62,746 nt of DNA from Terriglobia bacterium (GTDB lineage Bacteria > Acidobacteriota > Terriglobia > Versatilivoradales > Versatilivoraceae): positions 1 through 62,746 of the forward strand of contig JBGOTQ010000004.1 in the NCBI GenBank assembly GCA_041476565.1, in the 5' to 3' direction. The notes beneath the pieces are model-generated. The model saw only the letters and a program-made list of their open reading frames with translations. It was not told where the DNA came from and searched no databases. The translations under genes and the position numbers were made by a program. Within the stretch, counting starts at the first letter, position 1, and each line of letters starts with the position of its first letter. Positions 1 through 10,498 of the stretch are shown one piece after another.

Positions 1-47
1 ACATCTTTCAAAACCCATAGCCCAAGACCCGCGGCTTCCTTCAAACG

Positions 48-123
48 GCTGTATCAAAAGCGCGCCTGTGGAGGCCTTCGCGCTGCTCTGCTGGCTATCT
101 CGCTGGCGCGCTTCCGATACAGC
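48..123. repeat. Inverted-repeat (MITE/REP-like) element
   Basis: GCTGTATCAAAAGCGCGCC (48-66) and GGCGCGCTTCCGATACAGC (105-123) form a 17/19 inverted repeat, followed by ACTAG. Confidence 0.6.
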
Positions 124-277
124 ACTAGCGTTTTCGAGGACTTATTGGCTTTAGGACTGGGAAGATCGTGTTCCCGCCCGTGATCTGTGGCACCTAGTTT
201 CCGGTTAGGCCGTTAACCAATCATATGGCGGTTCCGCTTGCTGCAAGCCTTAGTCGGACGGACACGCAGGGAGTCGG

Positions 278-740
278 TCATTTCGCTAGAGCCTCATCGC
301 AACGAGGCGCATCACGAGCATATTGTTGTGAATACGCCTGTTTTTCTTGATCGATCTGTTGAGCTGTCCGGTTGTAGATGGACTTTCCATTCTTGATCGT
401 CTCCAGAACCTTCATGTCGACCAGCTTGCCGCGATCGATCGTCAACGGGTTGTCGGAGAGGATCACGAGGTCGGCGTTCTTGCCTACCTCGATCGAGCCC
501 TTGGTGATCTTTTCGAAGTGCTGGTACGCTGGCCAGATCGTCATCGCCTCAAGCGCGATGAGCGGCTCTACGCGCTGCTTCGGTCCGAGCACATAGCCGG
601 TGCGCGTCGTGCGGTTGACGGCGCTGTCGAGGATCCGCATCGAGTTCGGGAAGGTGACCGGCGCGTCCGAATGGATGCTGAACTTCATCCCGTTCTCCAA
701 CATCCAGTCGGCCGGCGAGATATTCTCCGCGCGCTCCGGG
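278..740 (-). pseudogene. C-terminal fragment of an amidohydrolase 3 (YtcJ-like) protein
   Basis: Motifs HSDAPV, EAMTIWPAYQ and KGSIEVGKNADLVIL are present. Similarity starts abruptly at PERAENISP (~740) and the N-terminal part is missing. Confidence 0.8.
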
Positions 741-791
741 ACGTGGCGCGGTCATCGGTAATCTTGTCTGCCACTTTCAATCGCATCCGGT

Positions 792-1895
792 TCAGATCAG
801 CAGCTGTAGCCATTCGTTTTCGATACGATGATGCCTTGACACAACATCGTAGAAATGTAGAGCTTGGTAAGCGAATAAAGCGCACCAGGAATTCCAATGG
901 ATCTGTCCTTCGCTACGACCTAAGCTAAAGGAAACAGCACCTTGCGGACTGATGAATTCCCTCAGCAATGCAGCCGCTCCGCTAAGGCGCTCACTCCAAA
1001 GCGATGATTCCAGGTAACCGAAGCTCCGCAAAATGCTTCCGGCTCGCAGGAGTTGCGACGCAACGTCGGAACGCAACACTGAATTTGACGAGGTTGCCTC
1101 GCACACATAATAGCCCTCGACGGCACAAGGCTCAGCCAGCAGGCGATAGTTCTCGGCGGCTAGCTCCAGTGCACCTGAATCCTCAAGATGAAGACCCAGG
1201 AGCAGAAGGCCCTCAATAAAGTACAAGTCAGCATGCCACTCTCCGGTAATCTGGCAGCCAGCCGGACTACTTCGCCAACGGGAAAATATGCCTTCACAAG
1301 CGCGCCTCAGTTCAGGAGGAAGTTGCAGTTGTGCGGAGAAGAGCAAGGATGAAGCAATCTTTGTCTGGTACGGTCCCACGGTAGTCGACCATCGCACCGG
1401 CACTTCAACTTCCCGGGCATCGCTCCTGCGAAGAAAGGGAGTCAACTCGAGATCCGGTGTACAGAACTTGGAGAGACTGCGAATCAATACTTCCTTTACC
1501 ATGTGTCGCTGATACTCCGGAACGAACCCCTCGACGGCAATGACCCCGCGCAACACCATCGCCAGGTCAAATGCAAACAGCAGCTGACTCCTCCAGTCAT
1601 TGCCTTGAGCCGAAAAGTAGCGGCGGGTGGGAAGTGCGTGCCCGTTTTCGCATTGACAGTAGAGCCAATCCATTGCCCGACAGGCATTGGCCATGGCCCT
1701 GTTTTGTTTGCCATCGGACAGCAGCATGAAAGCCATGCCCGTCAGGTAATACCCGGTAATCTCCGTGTAGACGAACTCAGGTCGACCTTGTCCATCGAGC
1801 CAACCGGCAACTGCCCCTTTCTCAGGTCCGGTCGGTATTTGGATGTTAGAGGTCAACAGCCAGTGACGGACCTTGGAGGGTAGGTTGGACATCAT
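792..1895 (-). CDS. Uncharacterised protein, probable (alpha/alpha) toroid fold, last gene of the glycan cluster
   Basis: 367-aa ORF with YTEITGY motif, helical Trp-rich repeats and C-terminal NSWCALFAYQAL; 37 bp downstream of the glycosyltransferase. Confidence 0.65.
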   Translation of the reverse strand: MMSNLPSKVRHWLLTSNIQIPTGPEKGAVAGWLDGQGRPEFVYTEITGYYLTGMAFMLLSDGKQNRAMANACRAMDWLYCQCENGHALPTRRYFSAQGNDWRSQLLFAFDLAMVLRGVIAVEGFVPEYQRHMVKEVLIRSLSKFCTPDLELTPFLRRSDAREVEVPVRWSTTVGPYQTKIASSLLFSAQLQLPPELRRACEGIFSRWRSSPAGCQITGEWHADLYFIEGLLLLGLHLEDSGALELAAENYRLLAEPCAVEGYYVCEATSSNSVLRSDVASQLLRAGSILRSFGYLESSLWSERLSGAAALLREFISPQGAVSFSLGRSEGQIHWNSWCALFAYQALHFYDVVSRHHRIENEWLQLLI

Positions 1896-1931
1896 CCGTA
1901 AGTATTCTTTGGAAAGTTTATAAGGTGCCCA

Positions 1932-4274
1932 CTAGGAGGACCTTCCTGACTGACGGCTGGTAGAGCCTTGATCCAACAGGATCCCGGCGGCGATTTTGTC
2001 ATCCGCAAGTGACTCTGTTTTCAATGTCTCGAGGAACCCGGCACTGGTCATCTCATCAGCCAGTTGCGGGCCTACTGTATGACGGTAGAGATCGACGAGC
2101 AACTGACCCGATTTTTCCCAGCAGTACCTGGCCAGGGTCTCTTCCGAAAGCTGTTCAATGCATATACGCTTGGACGGGTTGAGCAGCATCTCCTCCAAGG
2201 GTCCCATGAAATCCTGGATAGCCTCAACGACAAGCAGAGATGGAAGTGAAGAATCCAGGAATCCCCGTGCTCCCTCGCGGGTTGACACGCACACACGACC
2301 GGCAGCCAGGGACTCGATGACCTTCAGACAACTTCCGCGGACCCCGAGCAAAGGATTAATCGTCAGCGTGCATTGCTCAAGAATCGGCCGCGTATTTTCA
2401 ATGAAGTCAAAAACCGTCACGCCTTGCTGCTGGAAGCAGGCAAACCGGGAGGCTACCGCGGGAGCTGCTTGCCCCCCGAGAACCCAGAGTTCCAATTCCG
2501 GAATGTCATGCTTCAGGGTTGGGTAAACCTCCTCCAGAAACATCCGAATTCCATTCAGGTTTGGTGAGTACCGAAAGGGCCCTATAAATAAGACCCTGGT
2601 GGCACGTGAGGCGACATAAGGTCGGTCGTTGCTGTCGATGCCATTAGGAATCACTGTAGAATTCTTGAACTCAAGAAGCTGAGCATCCTCGTGACTGCAG
2701 GTAATTACCTGGTCGTACCGCTGGATCAGATCGAGTTCGTAGCGATCCTCTTTTGATAGTTTTCCACAGTCATTGGAAATCAGCACATCGTGAAGCGTCA
2801 AGAACCATGGTCGCTGTCTGTCTCTTATCTTGACGAGTCCGGCCAGCTCCATAAATTCAACTTGCACGATCACCGGCTGATAGGACGTGATCAACATCCG
2901 GAGCTGCTCTTCCAAGAGTGCGTGCGAGTGACTCTTGATCCGTCTGATCCTCTGCAAACTCGCTTCGGTCTGCTCCCGTCTCCCATCCACCAGATGAATA
3001 GACGCTAACGGAGTGAAGTATTTGCAGCTGTCCGCTGAATAAGCTTCCACCTCATCGCTAAGGACGATCACGTTGAAACAACGGCTGAGGAACAACAGCA
3101 GCCGGTGAAGACGTACCGCACCCCCGTGAGATGGAGGATAAATGGCATACGGAGTGACCACCAGGATGATCGGCATTTGCCCCAAATCAGCTGTGGGACG
3201 CTGGTAATACTTGTGAACGACATACTGCAGGCCGGGGTTTTGAAAGGGGTATCGAAGGCTGCGCAGGCGGGCGGCCCAAATGCCCACCAAGGTCCCAGGT
3301 GTGAGAAGTTCCAATACGGACTTCAGATCCAACATTGTCAGTGAGCGAAATACCAGCCGGGCAGAAACCCCTTCTAAAGGATTTCGCAGCTGAAACAGAC
3401 ATCCGTTTCGGCGGAAGATCCGGTCGATCTCCTCTTCCGCAAAAAGCCGGCGATAGGTGGCCCTGTGACTGTGCCAGACTTTTGAGGCAGGGCAGAAAAG
3501 CGATTCGAATCCTAGTTTCCATGCGACAGTTCCCCACTCGACGTCTTCCCAGTAAAAAGGGGAGTAAGGATTCCCTTTTCCCATGATGCGCAGGAGCAGC
3601 TTTCTCTGATACAAAGAAGAGCCGCCGCCAGCGTACAAAGTCCCACGCACGGTTCCTGTTTCGTCCGGTTGCTGGTCGAAAATCTCAAAGACTTCATCTC
3701 GAATTCGGTAATGCGTCCAGCCGGTTTCTTCTCGTCGCTTGTCGGGGTCTTTAAAGTAGATCTGGGAGGCGATCGCGAAGATGTGCGATCCGCGCCAATC
3801 GAGCAGCTCACAGAGTGCCATTGGGTCCAAGACCATGTCGTCGTTCAGCAAATAAACCCAATCGTGACAAGCTCGTATCAGCCCTTGATAAATTGCACCC
3901 GTAAACCAGAGTGGGCGCTCAAAGAAAAGCCACTGGACGGAGGTGAAGGTATCCTTTAGCTTCGAGTACCTGAGAAGATCAGATCCATTTACAACGACGA
4001 TGATTTCCACGGGCTCCTTGACCCGCCGACAGGCAACCAGAACACTGTTCAGGCACTCTTCCAGGAGTTCAGGGTTCTCGCGCTCTGGGATGATGATCGA
4101 GATTCCACTCTTTGCAATCTGCAAAACGTCGGCCGGAATTTCAAACGGCCACAAAAGCCTCACGAGGCGCCGCGGGAACTTCTTGATCGACTTTATAATG
4201 AGGTGCAACTTGGGCAGTCCTTCAAACAGAAAGCGCGCAAAGAATCGCTCACTCGGAACAGGTATCGTCAACAT
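1932..4274 (-). CDS. Bifunctional glycosyltransferase, GT2 (N-terminal) + GT4 (C-terminal)
   Basis: ISIIIP, LLNDD and YWEDVEW (GT-A); YPPSHGG and LKVIESLAAG (GT-B). Confidence 0.9.
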   Translation of the reverse strand: MLTIPVPSERFFARFLFEGLPKLHLIIKSIKKFPRRLVRLLWPFEIPADVLQIAKSGISIIIPERENPELLEECLNSVLVACRRVKEPVEIIVVVNGSDLLRYSKLKDTFTSVQWLFFERPLWFTGAIYQGLIRACHDWVYLLNDDMVLDPMALCELLDWRGSHIFAIASQIYFKDPDKRREETGWTHYRIRDEVFEIFDQQPDETGTVRGTLYAGGGSSLYQRKLLLRIMGKGNPYSPFYWEDVEWGTVAWKLGFESLFCPASKVWHSHRATYRRLFAEEEIDRIFRRNGCLFQLRNPLEGVSARLVFRSLTMLDLKSVLELLTPGTLVGIWAARLRSLRYPFQNPGLQYVVHKYYQRPTADLGQMPIILVVTPYAIYPPSHGGAVRLHRLLLFLSRCFNVIVLSDEVEAYSADSCKYFTPLASIHLVDGRREQTEASLQRIRRIKSHSHALLEEQLRMLITSYQPVIVQVEFMELAGLVKIRDRQRPWFLTLHDVLISNDCGKLSKEDRYELDLIQRYDQVITCSHEDAQLLEFKNSTVIPNGIDSNDRPYVASRATRVLFIGPFRYSPNLNGIRMFLEEVYPTLKHDIPELELWVLGGQAAPAVASRFACFQQQGVTVFDFIENTRPILEQCTLTINPLLGVRGSCLKVIESLAAGRVCVSTREGARGFLDSSLPSLLVVEAIQDFMGPLEEMLLNPSKRICIEQLSEETLARYCWEKSGQLLVDLYRHTVGPQLADEMTSAGFLETLKTESLADDKIAAGILLDQGSTSRQSGRSS

Positions 4275-4281
4275 GGGCTCA

Positions 4282-5784
4282 TTACCGCTTTCTTGAGCGA
4301 GATAGCGCTTCCAGGCGCGACAAGGCGAAGCCTAAATCGCGAGTATCGCTGTCGCATCCCGTCGCACTGGGTCGGAAGACGCTCTGTGTGACAAACGTCA
4401 AATTCAATAAGTCCGCGGCTGCCTGACCCATTTCTAAGCACACGTCAAAGGTCTGAAATTTGCTTGAATTATTGGTGATCTCTCCGAGCCTGACTCCGTT
4501 ACATTCCACCCGCAACATGTTCTGGCTGCTGTCGATGGAGTGGGGCAGAATTCCGGCAATCCGGACCTGATTGCCGTCGCGAAGATTCTTGAGAACGGCA
4601 CTACTCTCTCGTTTGCTCCATAGACTGGTTCCCTCCTCCTCGATGTACCAACCACGAAGCAACTGAGGGCTCATCTTATCGGTTCCTCGGATCACTGACT
4701 TCCAAGGAGAGGGAATGTACGCAGTTTTCCAAGGGCAATCGCGACACTGCGAGATTGAACCGGCAGAGTATTTCCTTCGAAACTCTCGATATTGTTCTCC
4801 CGTCCAGATTTCGCGGAGAGTCTGGTGATGAAGGTTCCCTAGTAAAATTTGATCGTGCACTTCACATACAACGACGTCTCCGCCAGCCAGAATGTGGACT
4901 GTTTCCCAAGGATTCTGGTCGCACGAATGAATTCTGGCGCTTTCGGGAAGCGCGGGAGCAAAGTAGCGGGGAACGTGGTCCAGTTGTGGATTTGCTTCAA
5001 CGTCAGGATTGAGAATGGTCAGTGCCAGTTCGGGATGAGCCATCTGGACGTGACTGACCGCTTCGCGCAAATCTGCCTTAAAGGTGCCGGTTAAGTGGGT
5101 TCCCGCCAATTCTTTCGGAAAATCGTAGGGGATAGGATGACGCCCGATAATGGGATGAATGAAGATTTCGCGGACTTCGACTTGTTTCGCATAGGCGGCA
5201 ACCTCGGCCAGCTGAGACAGATTCTCGGCGAGGGCCACAAAGCAAAAATCAAGACGTGGAGATTGTGTTCCCTTGGTACGCCTCAACCCCAGGAATTCAT
5301 CGATCCTCTCTTTGAGCTGGCTCAACGAACTGAACTGGTAAATGGCCTTGTACTGATCCGCGTCCATCGTGTGCAAAGAGATGGCCAAGCGGTCCAGACG
5401 GCTTTCGACGATTCCGCTTAGCAGCCTGGATGAAATGGAAGAAAAAGCGGTCACCAGTTCTGTGGCTGCTCCGGTATCAACGGCTAGATCAATGGCCTCC
5501 AACAAGCGAGGGTAATAAATGGATTCACCCGAATAGTTCAATCCGATGAAATCCGGATTGTCCAAGTCACGGATGATCGATTGATAGACTGAGAAATCCA
5601 TGTGCCGTCCTTGCCCGAACCGCGATTTACGGGAACAAAAGACACAATCGAAAGGACACTTGGAAGTAAGTTCTATCCAGAGAGTTCTTGGGGACGAAGC
5701 AGTGACGTGTGCCGGGTCAGGCGCGAAAAGCTCATCTGTCCCTGCGGCAGGTTTTGTAATCGTCCAGTTGCTCAGAAATCCCAT
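4282..5784 (-). CDS. Radical SAM protein with SPASM/twitch domain and an extra C-terminal beta-rich domain
   Basis: CPFDCVFC (CxxxCxxC); auxiliary motif C..PW..GDVVVC..GNL..CRDC; C-terminal GW..E..W..DTRDLG segment; GAGGA RBS before ATG 5784. Confidence 0.9.
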   Translation of the reverse strand: MGFLSNWTITKPAAGTDELFAPDPAHVTASSPRTLWIELTSKCPFDCVFCSRKSRFGQGRHMDFSVYQSIIRDLDNPDFIGLNYSGESIYYPRLLEAIDLAVDTGAATELVTAFSSISSRLLSGIVESRLDRLAISLHTMDADQYKAIYQFSSLSQLKERIDEFLGLRRTKGTQSPRLDFCFVALAENLSQLAEVAAYAKQVEVREIFIHPIIGRHPIPYDFPKELAGTHLTGTFKADLREAVSHVQMAHPELALTILNPDVEANPQLDHVPRYFAPALPESARIHSCDQNPWETVHILAGGDVVVCEVHDQILLGNLHHQTLREIWTGEQYREFRRKYSAGSISQCRDCPWKTAYIPSPWKSVIRGTDKMSPQLLRGWYIEEEGTSLWSKRESSAVLKNLRDGNQVRIAGILPHSIDSSQNMLRVECNGVRLGEITNNSSKFQTFDVCLEMGQAAADLLNLTFVTQSVFRPSATGCDSDTRDLGFALSRLEALSRSRKR

Positions 5785-5829
5785 GGCAATTCCTCGCAAC
5801 TACTGCCGCTCGTTGCATGAAGATCACGG

Positions 5830-6810
5830 TTACGGATGGCCCAGGACAACATGAGGTTGGTACAGCTCCTCTAATCGCAGTCTCTCATTTTCGCCCAACC
5901 GGATGGCTAGTGAGGCAACAGCCTGCTCGATGTGTTCCATGTGGGTGACTCCAACCACGGGGGCTGATACGCCAGGCTGATTTAGCAGCCAGGCAAGTGC
6001 GATCTGTGCGGGAGCCAACGACCGCTCGCCGGCGATTTGCACGACGCGCTCGGCAACCTTAAAGTCTGATTCTGAGTAATACAGCCGGTGTGCATAGTCG
6101 TCTGTTTTTGCCCGCAAGGTTTGACCCCATCCCTTCCGAGACCGGTTTCCTGCGAGAAACCCCTTCGCAAGTGGACTCCATGTCAGAATGCCAATTCCTT
6201 CTGCGAGACATAGCGGAATCATCTCTCGTTCTTCTTCACGGTAAACGAGATTGTAGTGATTCTGCATTGAAATGAACCGTGTCCAACTGTTTTGGTCAGC
6301 CAAGTAGAGAGACTTCGCAAATTCCCAAGCAAACATGCTCGAAGCACCCAAATAACGGACCTTGCCAGATCTCACAAGATCGTGAAGTGCGGCCAGAGTT
6401 TCCTCGATCGGGGTTTCGTAGTCCCAGCGGTGGATTTGATAAAGGTCGATATAATCGGTGTTTAACCGTCTAAGCGAAGCCTCCACGGCGTCCAGGATGT
6501 GCTTTTTTGAAAGGCCTCGATCGTTGGGGCCGGTGCCCATTGGACCATTAACCTTCGTTGCGATGACAACTTGGCCTCGTTGTGCAAAATCCTGGAGGGC
6601 CCGGCCCAGGATTTCCTCACTGACGCCCTGAGAATAAACATCGGCAGTGTCGAAGAAGTTGATTCCCAACTCAAGGGCTCTTCGGATGAGCGGGCGACTC
6701 TCCTGCTCGGGTAAAACCCATTCATTCCACTGCCTGCTCCCGAAAGTCATCGTCCCGAGACAGATCCGAGATACTTTCAATCCTGATTTTCCGAGATTAA
6801 CATACTCCAT
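5830..6810 (-). CDS. Aldo/keto reductase
   Basis: LGKSGLKVSRICLGTMTFG, DTADVY, IDLYQIHRWD; likely start at MEYVNLG. Confidence 0.92.
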   Translation of the reverse strand: MEYVNLGKSGLKVSRICLGTMTFGSRQWNEWVLPEQESRPLIRRALELGINFFDTADVYSQGVSEEILGRALQDFAQRGQVVIATKVNGPMGTGPNDRGLSKKHILDAVEASLRRLNTDYIDLYQIHRWDYETPIEETLAALHDLVRSGKVRYLGASSMFAWEFAKSLYLADQNSWTRFISMQNHYNLVYREEEREMIPLCLAEGIGILTWSPLAKGFLAGNRSRKGWGQTLRAKTDDYAHRLYYSESDFKVAERVVQIAGERSLAPAQIALAWLLNQPGVSAPVVGVTHMEHIEQAVASLAIRLGENERLRLEELYQPHVVLGHP

Positions 6811-6904
6811 GACTGGCTCACTCTCACTTCGGTCAGGCATCCGAGTCCTGAAACCCAGAATCCGAATCCTTCTGTTCCATTTTATTCGGCTCAGAATCTT
6901 CATG

Positions 6905-8038
6905 TTATTGAGCCTCTAACAAGTCGGCACACGTCTCAACAATGCGTTTGCTCGCGTTCCCATCTCCATAAGGGTTAATGGCCCGCGACATGGTTTCATA
7001 AGCACTTTGGTTCGTGAGGAGAGACGTAATTGCCTCCACGATGGCATCGGCATTAGTTCCCACCAACTTGGTTGTGCCGGCCTCCAATCCCTCCGGGCGT
7101 TCTGTGGTCTCACGCGTCACTAGAACCGGTTTGCCCAGACTAGGCGCTTCTTCCTGTATTCCGCCTGAATCGGTCAAGATCAAGGTTGATCGATCCATCA
7201 GTGCCACAAATGGTAAGTAGCCAAGCGGTTCGATCAGGAAGACGTTCTCCCTATTTGACAGGAGTTGGAACACCGGGTCACGAACGTTGGGATTTAGATG
7301 CACGGGATATACGAAGGCGGTTTGGGGAAATTGCACGGCCAAACGTGCTATGGCTGAACAAATGCTCCTTAACCCCTCGCCAAAGTCTTCGCGCCGATGT
7401 CCTGTAACCAAAACCAAAGGCCGGAGCGATCGCTTGTTCACGACTTGATCTGGAAGACCTGTTATCGTTGGAGTATCTGTCCTGACTTTGGACATGGCCA
7501 TGTGGAGTGCATCAATGACTGTGTTACCCGTAACGAAGATCCTTTCGGGCGGCACATCCTCCTTTATCAGATTAGCCCGAGACCGGTTAGTGGGAACAAA
7601 ATGATAATCTGCCAGTCGCGTTGTCAGGAGGCGATTGATCTCTTCAGGATAAGGTGAAGATTTGTTGCAGCTACGCAGACCTGCCTCCACATGCCCAATG
7701 GGAATTCTGTTATAAAAAGCCGCCATGCTGGCACAGAACGTCGTGGTGGTATCTCCCTGTACCAGAAGTAGGTCAGGTTTGTATTGTCTCAAGTAATTGT
7801 CGATAGCGAGAATCGCCTTGGAGGTGAGTTCGGCTAGTTGTTGATCGGGTTGCATTAAGGAAAGGTCCACATCTGGCGCTATCCCGAACGTTCGTAACAC
7901 CTGGTCGAGCATTTCGCGATGCTGGCCGCTAACACACACGTGGGGTTGCATATAGGAATGCTTCTGCAACCTGAGGATGATTGGGGCCAGTTTTATTGCT
8001 TCCGGGCGTGTGCCGAAAACCAGGGAAATTCGTTTCAT
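6905..8038 (-). CDS. wecB: UDP-N-acetylglucosamine 2-epimerase (non-hydrolysing)
   Basis: GTRPEAIKLAP, GQHREM, VQGDT, HVEAGLRS, TDSGGIQEEAP, NPYGDG. Confidence 0.95.
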   Translation of the reverse strand: MKRISLVFGTRPEAIKLAPIILRLQKHSYMQPHVCVSGQHREMLDQVLRTFGIAPDVDLSLMQPDQQLAELTSKAILAIDNYLRQYKPDLLLVQGDTTTTFCASMAAFYNRIPIGHVEAGLRSCNKSSPYPEEINRLLTTRLADYHFVPTNRSRANLIKEDVPPERIFVTGNTVIDALHMAMSKVRTDTPTITGLPDQVVNKRSLRPLVLVTGHRREDFGEGLRSICSAIARLAVQFPQTAFVYPVHLNPNVRDPVFQLLSNRENVFLIEPLGYLPFVALMDRSTLILTDSGGIQEEAPSLGKPVLVTRETTERPEGLEAGTTKLVGTNADAIVEAITSLLTNQSAYETMSRAINPYGDGNASKRIVETCADLLEAQ

Positions 8039-8212
8039 TTTGTGAACCAAGGCAAGCGCTATTTCCGAATCAGCTGATTGTATTTCATGTCGGACGTCGG
8101 ATGAGTCTCATTGGGCAGAGACACCTGCTGACGTGATGAGTGAAGTCAAGTTTCAACGAACGTCGGGTAATTGTCAAATGGTGTTGCACACCTGGTAGGG
8201 AATGCATCTTAG

Positions 8213-8640
8213 CCCGCATTTCCATTCTGAACCCAACTTACGAACCTTCGGATGTTCGTCGGCATCAATATTGATGCGGGTTTGAACGTGATGAAGGCAC
8301 GCCGGAGGTCAACACCCAATGGGTGAAAAACAAAACCAGCCATTTCAGCTATCTTTCCACACTTCTTTGAAGATCGATTTTCAGGGATCACGGATCCCTT
8401 CCGATGGTGGTTTGATTCTTGTTCGTGAGTTGGACGAACGATTGGGTTTGGGTGATCTCATCTCCCAGCACCTGACTGACTCTCGGCGCGGGAAGAACAC
8501 CCAGCTTCCGCTGGCAGACCTGTTGCGCCAATTCGTGTACAGTCGGATGGCCGGCTATGAGGATGTCAACGATGTCGAGCGGCTCTCGCAAGATCCGACG
8601 TTCCGGTTGATCGGTTCCGAGAAGATCTGGGAGCGTGGGG
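8213..8640 (+). mobile_element. Truncated IS1380-family element (left end plus N-terminal transposase fragment 8319-8666)
   Basis: SDGGLILVRELDERLG and MAGYEDVND..L..DP motifs; similarity ends at IWERGA; CCGCATTTCCATT candidate left IR near 8213. Confidence 0.85.
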
Positions 8641-8675
8641 CGGATGGAAGCCAGCTGCAGAATTGATGAAACCAA

Positions 8676-9300
8676 AGGGGATCCGGCCCTTTTTCAAACG
8701 CTGGGCCAGCGTCTCTCCCTCCAGGTATTCCATCACCAGGAAGTCAACGCCGTCCGCCGGCCGATGTCATGAAGAGTGCAGATATGGGGGTGATTGAGAC
8801 TTGATACCACTCGGGCTTCCCGCTCCAGGCGCTGCCGCCGGTTGGCATCGGCAGACAAATGGGCAGGCAAGACCTTGATGGCGACGCTGCGTTTCAGGCG
8901 AGTGTCCTGGCCAAAGTAGACGTCTCCCATCCCGCCGGCACCCGGCAGGGAAATGATTCGGTAAGAGCCAAGCTGCCGTCCCACCAGCGACGGCTTCTGA
9001 TCCCGGGCTATTCCGTTGGCCGCAACTTGAACGGCCGGGGAACCCAAAAAACTGCCGGTTTGTCGGTGGGCACCAAGCAACTTCTCCACTTCCCGGCGCA
9101 GTTCCGGGTCTCCGGCACAGGCCTGGTCGAGGAAGGCCTTGGCTTTCTCCCAATCGCGCATGACCGTGATGGGGGCAACCTTTAGCACCTAGGCGGTCTC
9201 CCCGATGCAGGGTCCCCCAAAGAAGTGGAGTTCCACGATCTGCGCCTTCCTTTCATCGAGCCCGGCCAGCCTGTCGAGAGCTTCATCCAGCGCCGGCAAT
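8676..9300 (-). pseudogene. Fused remnants of an ECF sigma factor (C-terminus) and a Ser/Thr kinase (N-terminus)
   Basis: ALDEALDRLA..IVELHFFGG..ETA*VLKVAPITVMRDW runs into FLDQACAGDPELRREVE, GAGGMGDVY and VAIKVL; a frameshift then gives DFLVMEYLEGETLAQRL. Confidence 0.85.
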
Positions 9301-9588
9301 CCACGTCTGGCGATCTGCCTACTCATCATAATAAAACCTGGAATCAGCAAGGGGTTGTGCCACGAATAAGCAATTCGCCATGGACAGGATGAAAACTCAT
9401 CCAAACGTTTGTAACGCGGATTAGACTAGCAAGGATTTAATACGACTATGCCAGGGTTCTGCATAAAGCCTCTTCGGTAGAGATCCTTTACAAATGAGAT
9501 CAGCTATTAGTCACGATAGAATAACAGGCCGTAATAAATAGCTCTCGTCGCGGTCAGTCCTTAGAATGCGCGTACGACGTGTTATGGA

Positions 9589-10467
9589 ATGGTTCTGGAG
9601 GTCCTAATGGACAGTCTCGAGAAAACCTATTTCATGCATCAGATGGCAAGCATTATCAATTTCCTTTTTGAAACTCGAGCTCTAGTGCAGTTTCTTGGCC
9701 TGATAGTCCTGATGGGCGCAAGCTCATCTGTTTACTTGGCACCACCACGCATGCAGGTAGCGGATTGGCGGCATTACGGGGGTGATGCGGGGGGAATGAG
9801 ATACTCACGACTCGATCAGATCAACAAGAAAAATGTTTCCCAACTCCGCGTTGCCTGGACCTTGTATCAGCCCGTAGGAGAGAAAAGCATGGTGCTGTTT
9901 CCGGGGCTGAACGGAGGAGCCAACTGGGGAGGCGCATCCTTCGATCCGTTCTCTGGGGTGTTGTTTGTCAATTCCATGGATGTGGGCGGACTCTTCCGCC
10001 TGGTGAAGCGTTCGGAGGAAGCTGGACTCCCCTTTGCCCTGCGTGCGGCGAGATTTGAGTTTTTCTGGGATTCCAGAGGCTATCCTTGTCAGAAGCCCCC
10101 CTGGGGTTCGTTGACCGCCATCGACCTGAACACTGGCGAGTTTCGCTGGCGGGTACCCTTGGGTGAATTCGATGAACTAAAAACCCGCGGTGTGCCGAAG
10201 ACGGGAACTCCGAATATTGGGGGATCGATGGTGACTGCCGGAGGACTTCTCTTCATTGGCGCAACCAACGACAGCCGCTTTCGTGCCTTTGACAAGGACA
10301 CAGGGGAAGAACTGTGGGTAACACGGCTTCCTGCCAGCGGGATGGCTTCCCCGGTTACCTACCAAGGTTTGAAGACCGGCAAGCAGTTAGTGGTAATCGC
10401 GGCCGGAGGTGGAAATAAGTACGACAAGACTTTCACTGGGAAGTTGGTCGCTTATGCATTGCCTTAA
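9589..10467 (+). pseudogene. PQQ-dependent glucose/quinate dehydrogenase with large in-frame internal deletion
   Basis: N-terminal DWRHYGGD..RYSRLDQIN..VAWT is joined directly to the C-terminal FPGLNGGANWGG..PCQKPPWG..AAGG part. Confidence 0.8.
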
Positions 10468-10498
10468 CACAGCGCGGTCAGGCGTTAAGAGGATTTCT

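Noticed and set aside
4282-5784. RiPP maturase interpretation of the radical SAM/SPASM protein
   Set aside because: No precursor peptide, RRE/PqqD or peptidase/exporter nearby; the context is entirely sugar-related
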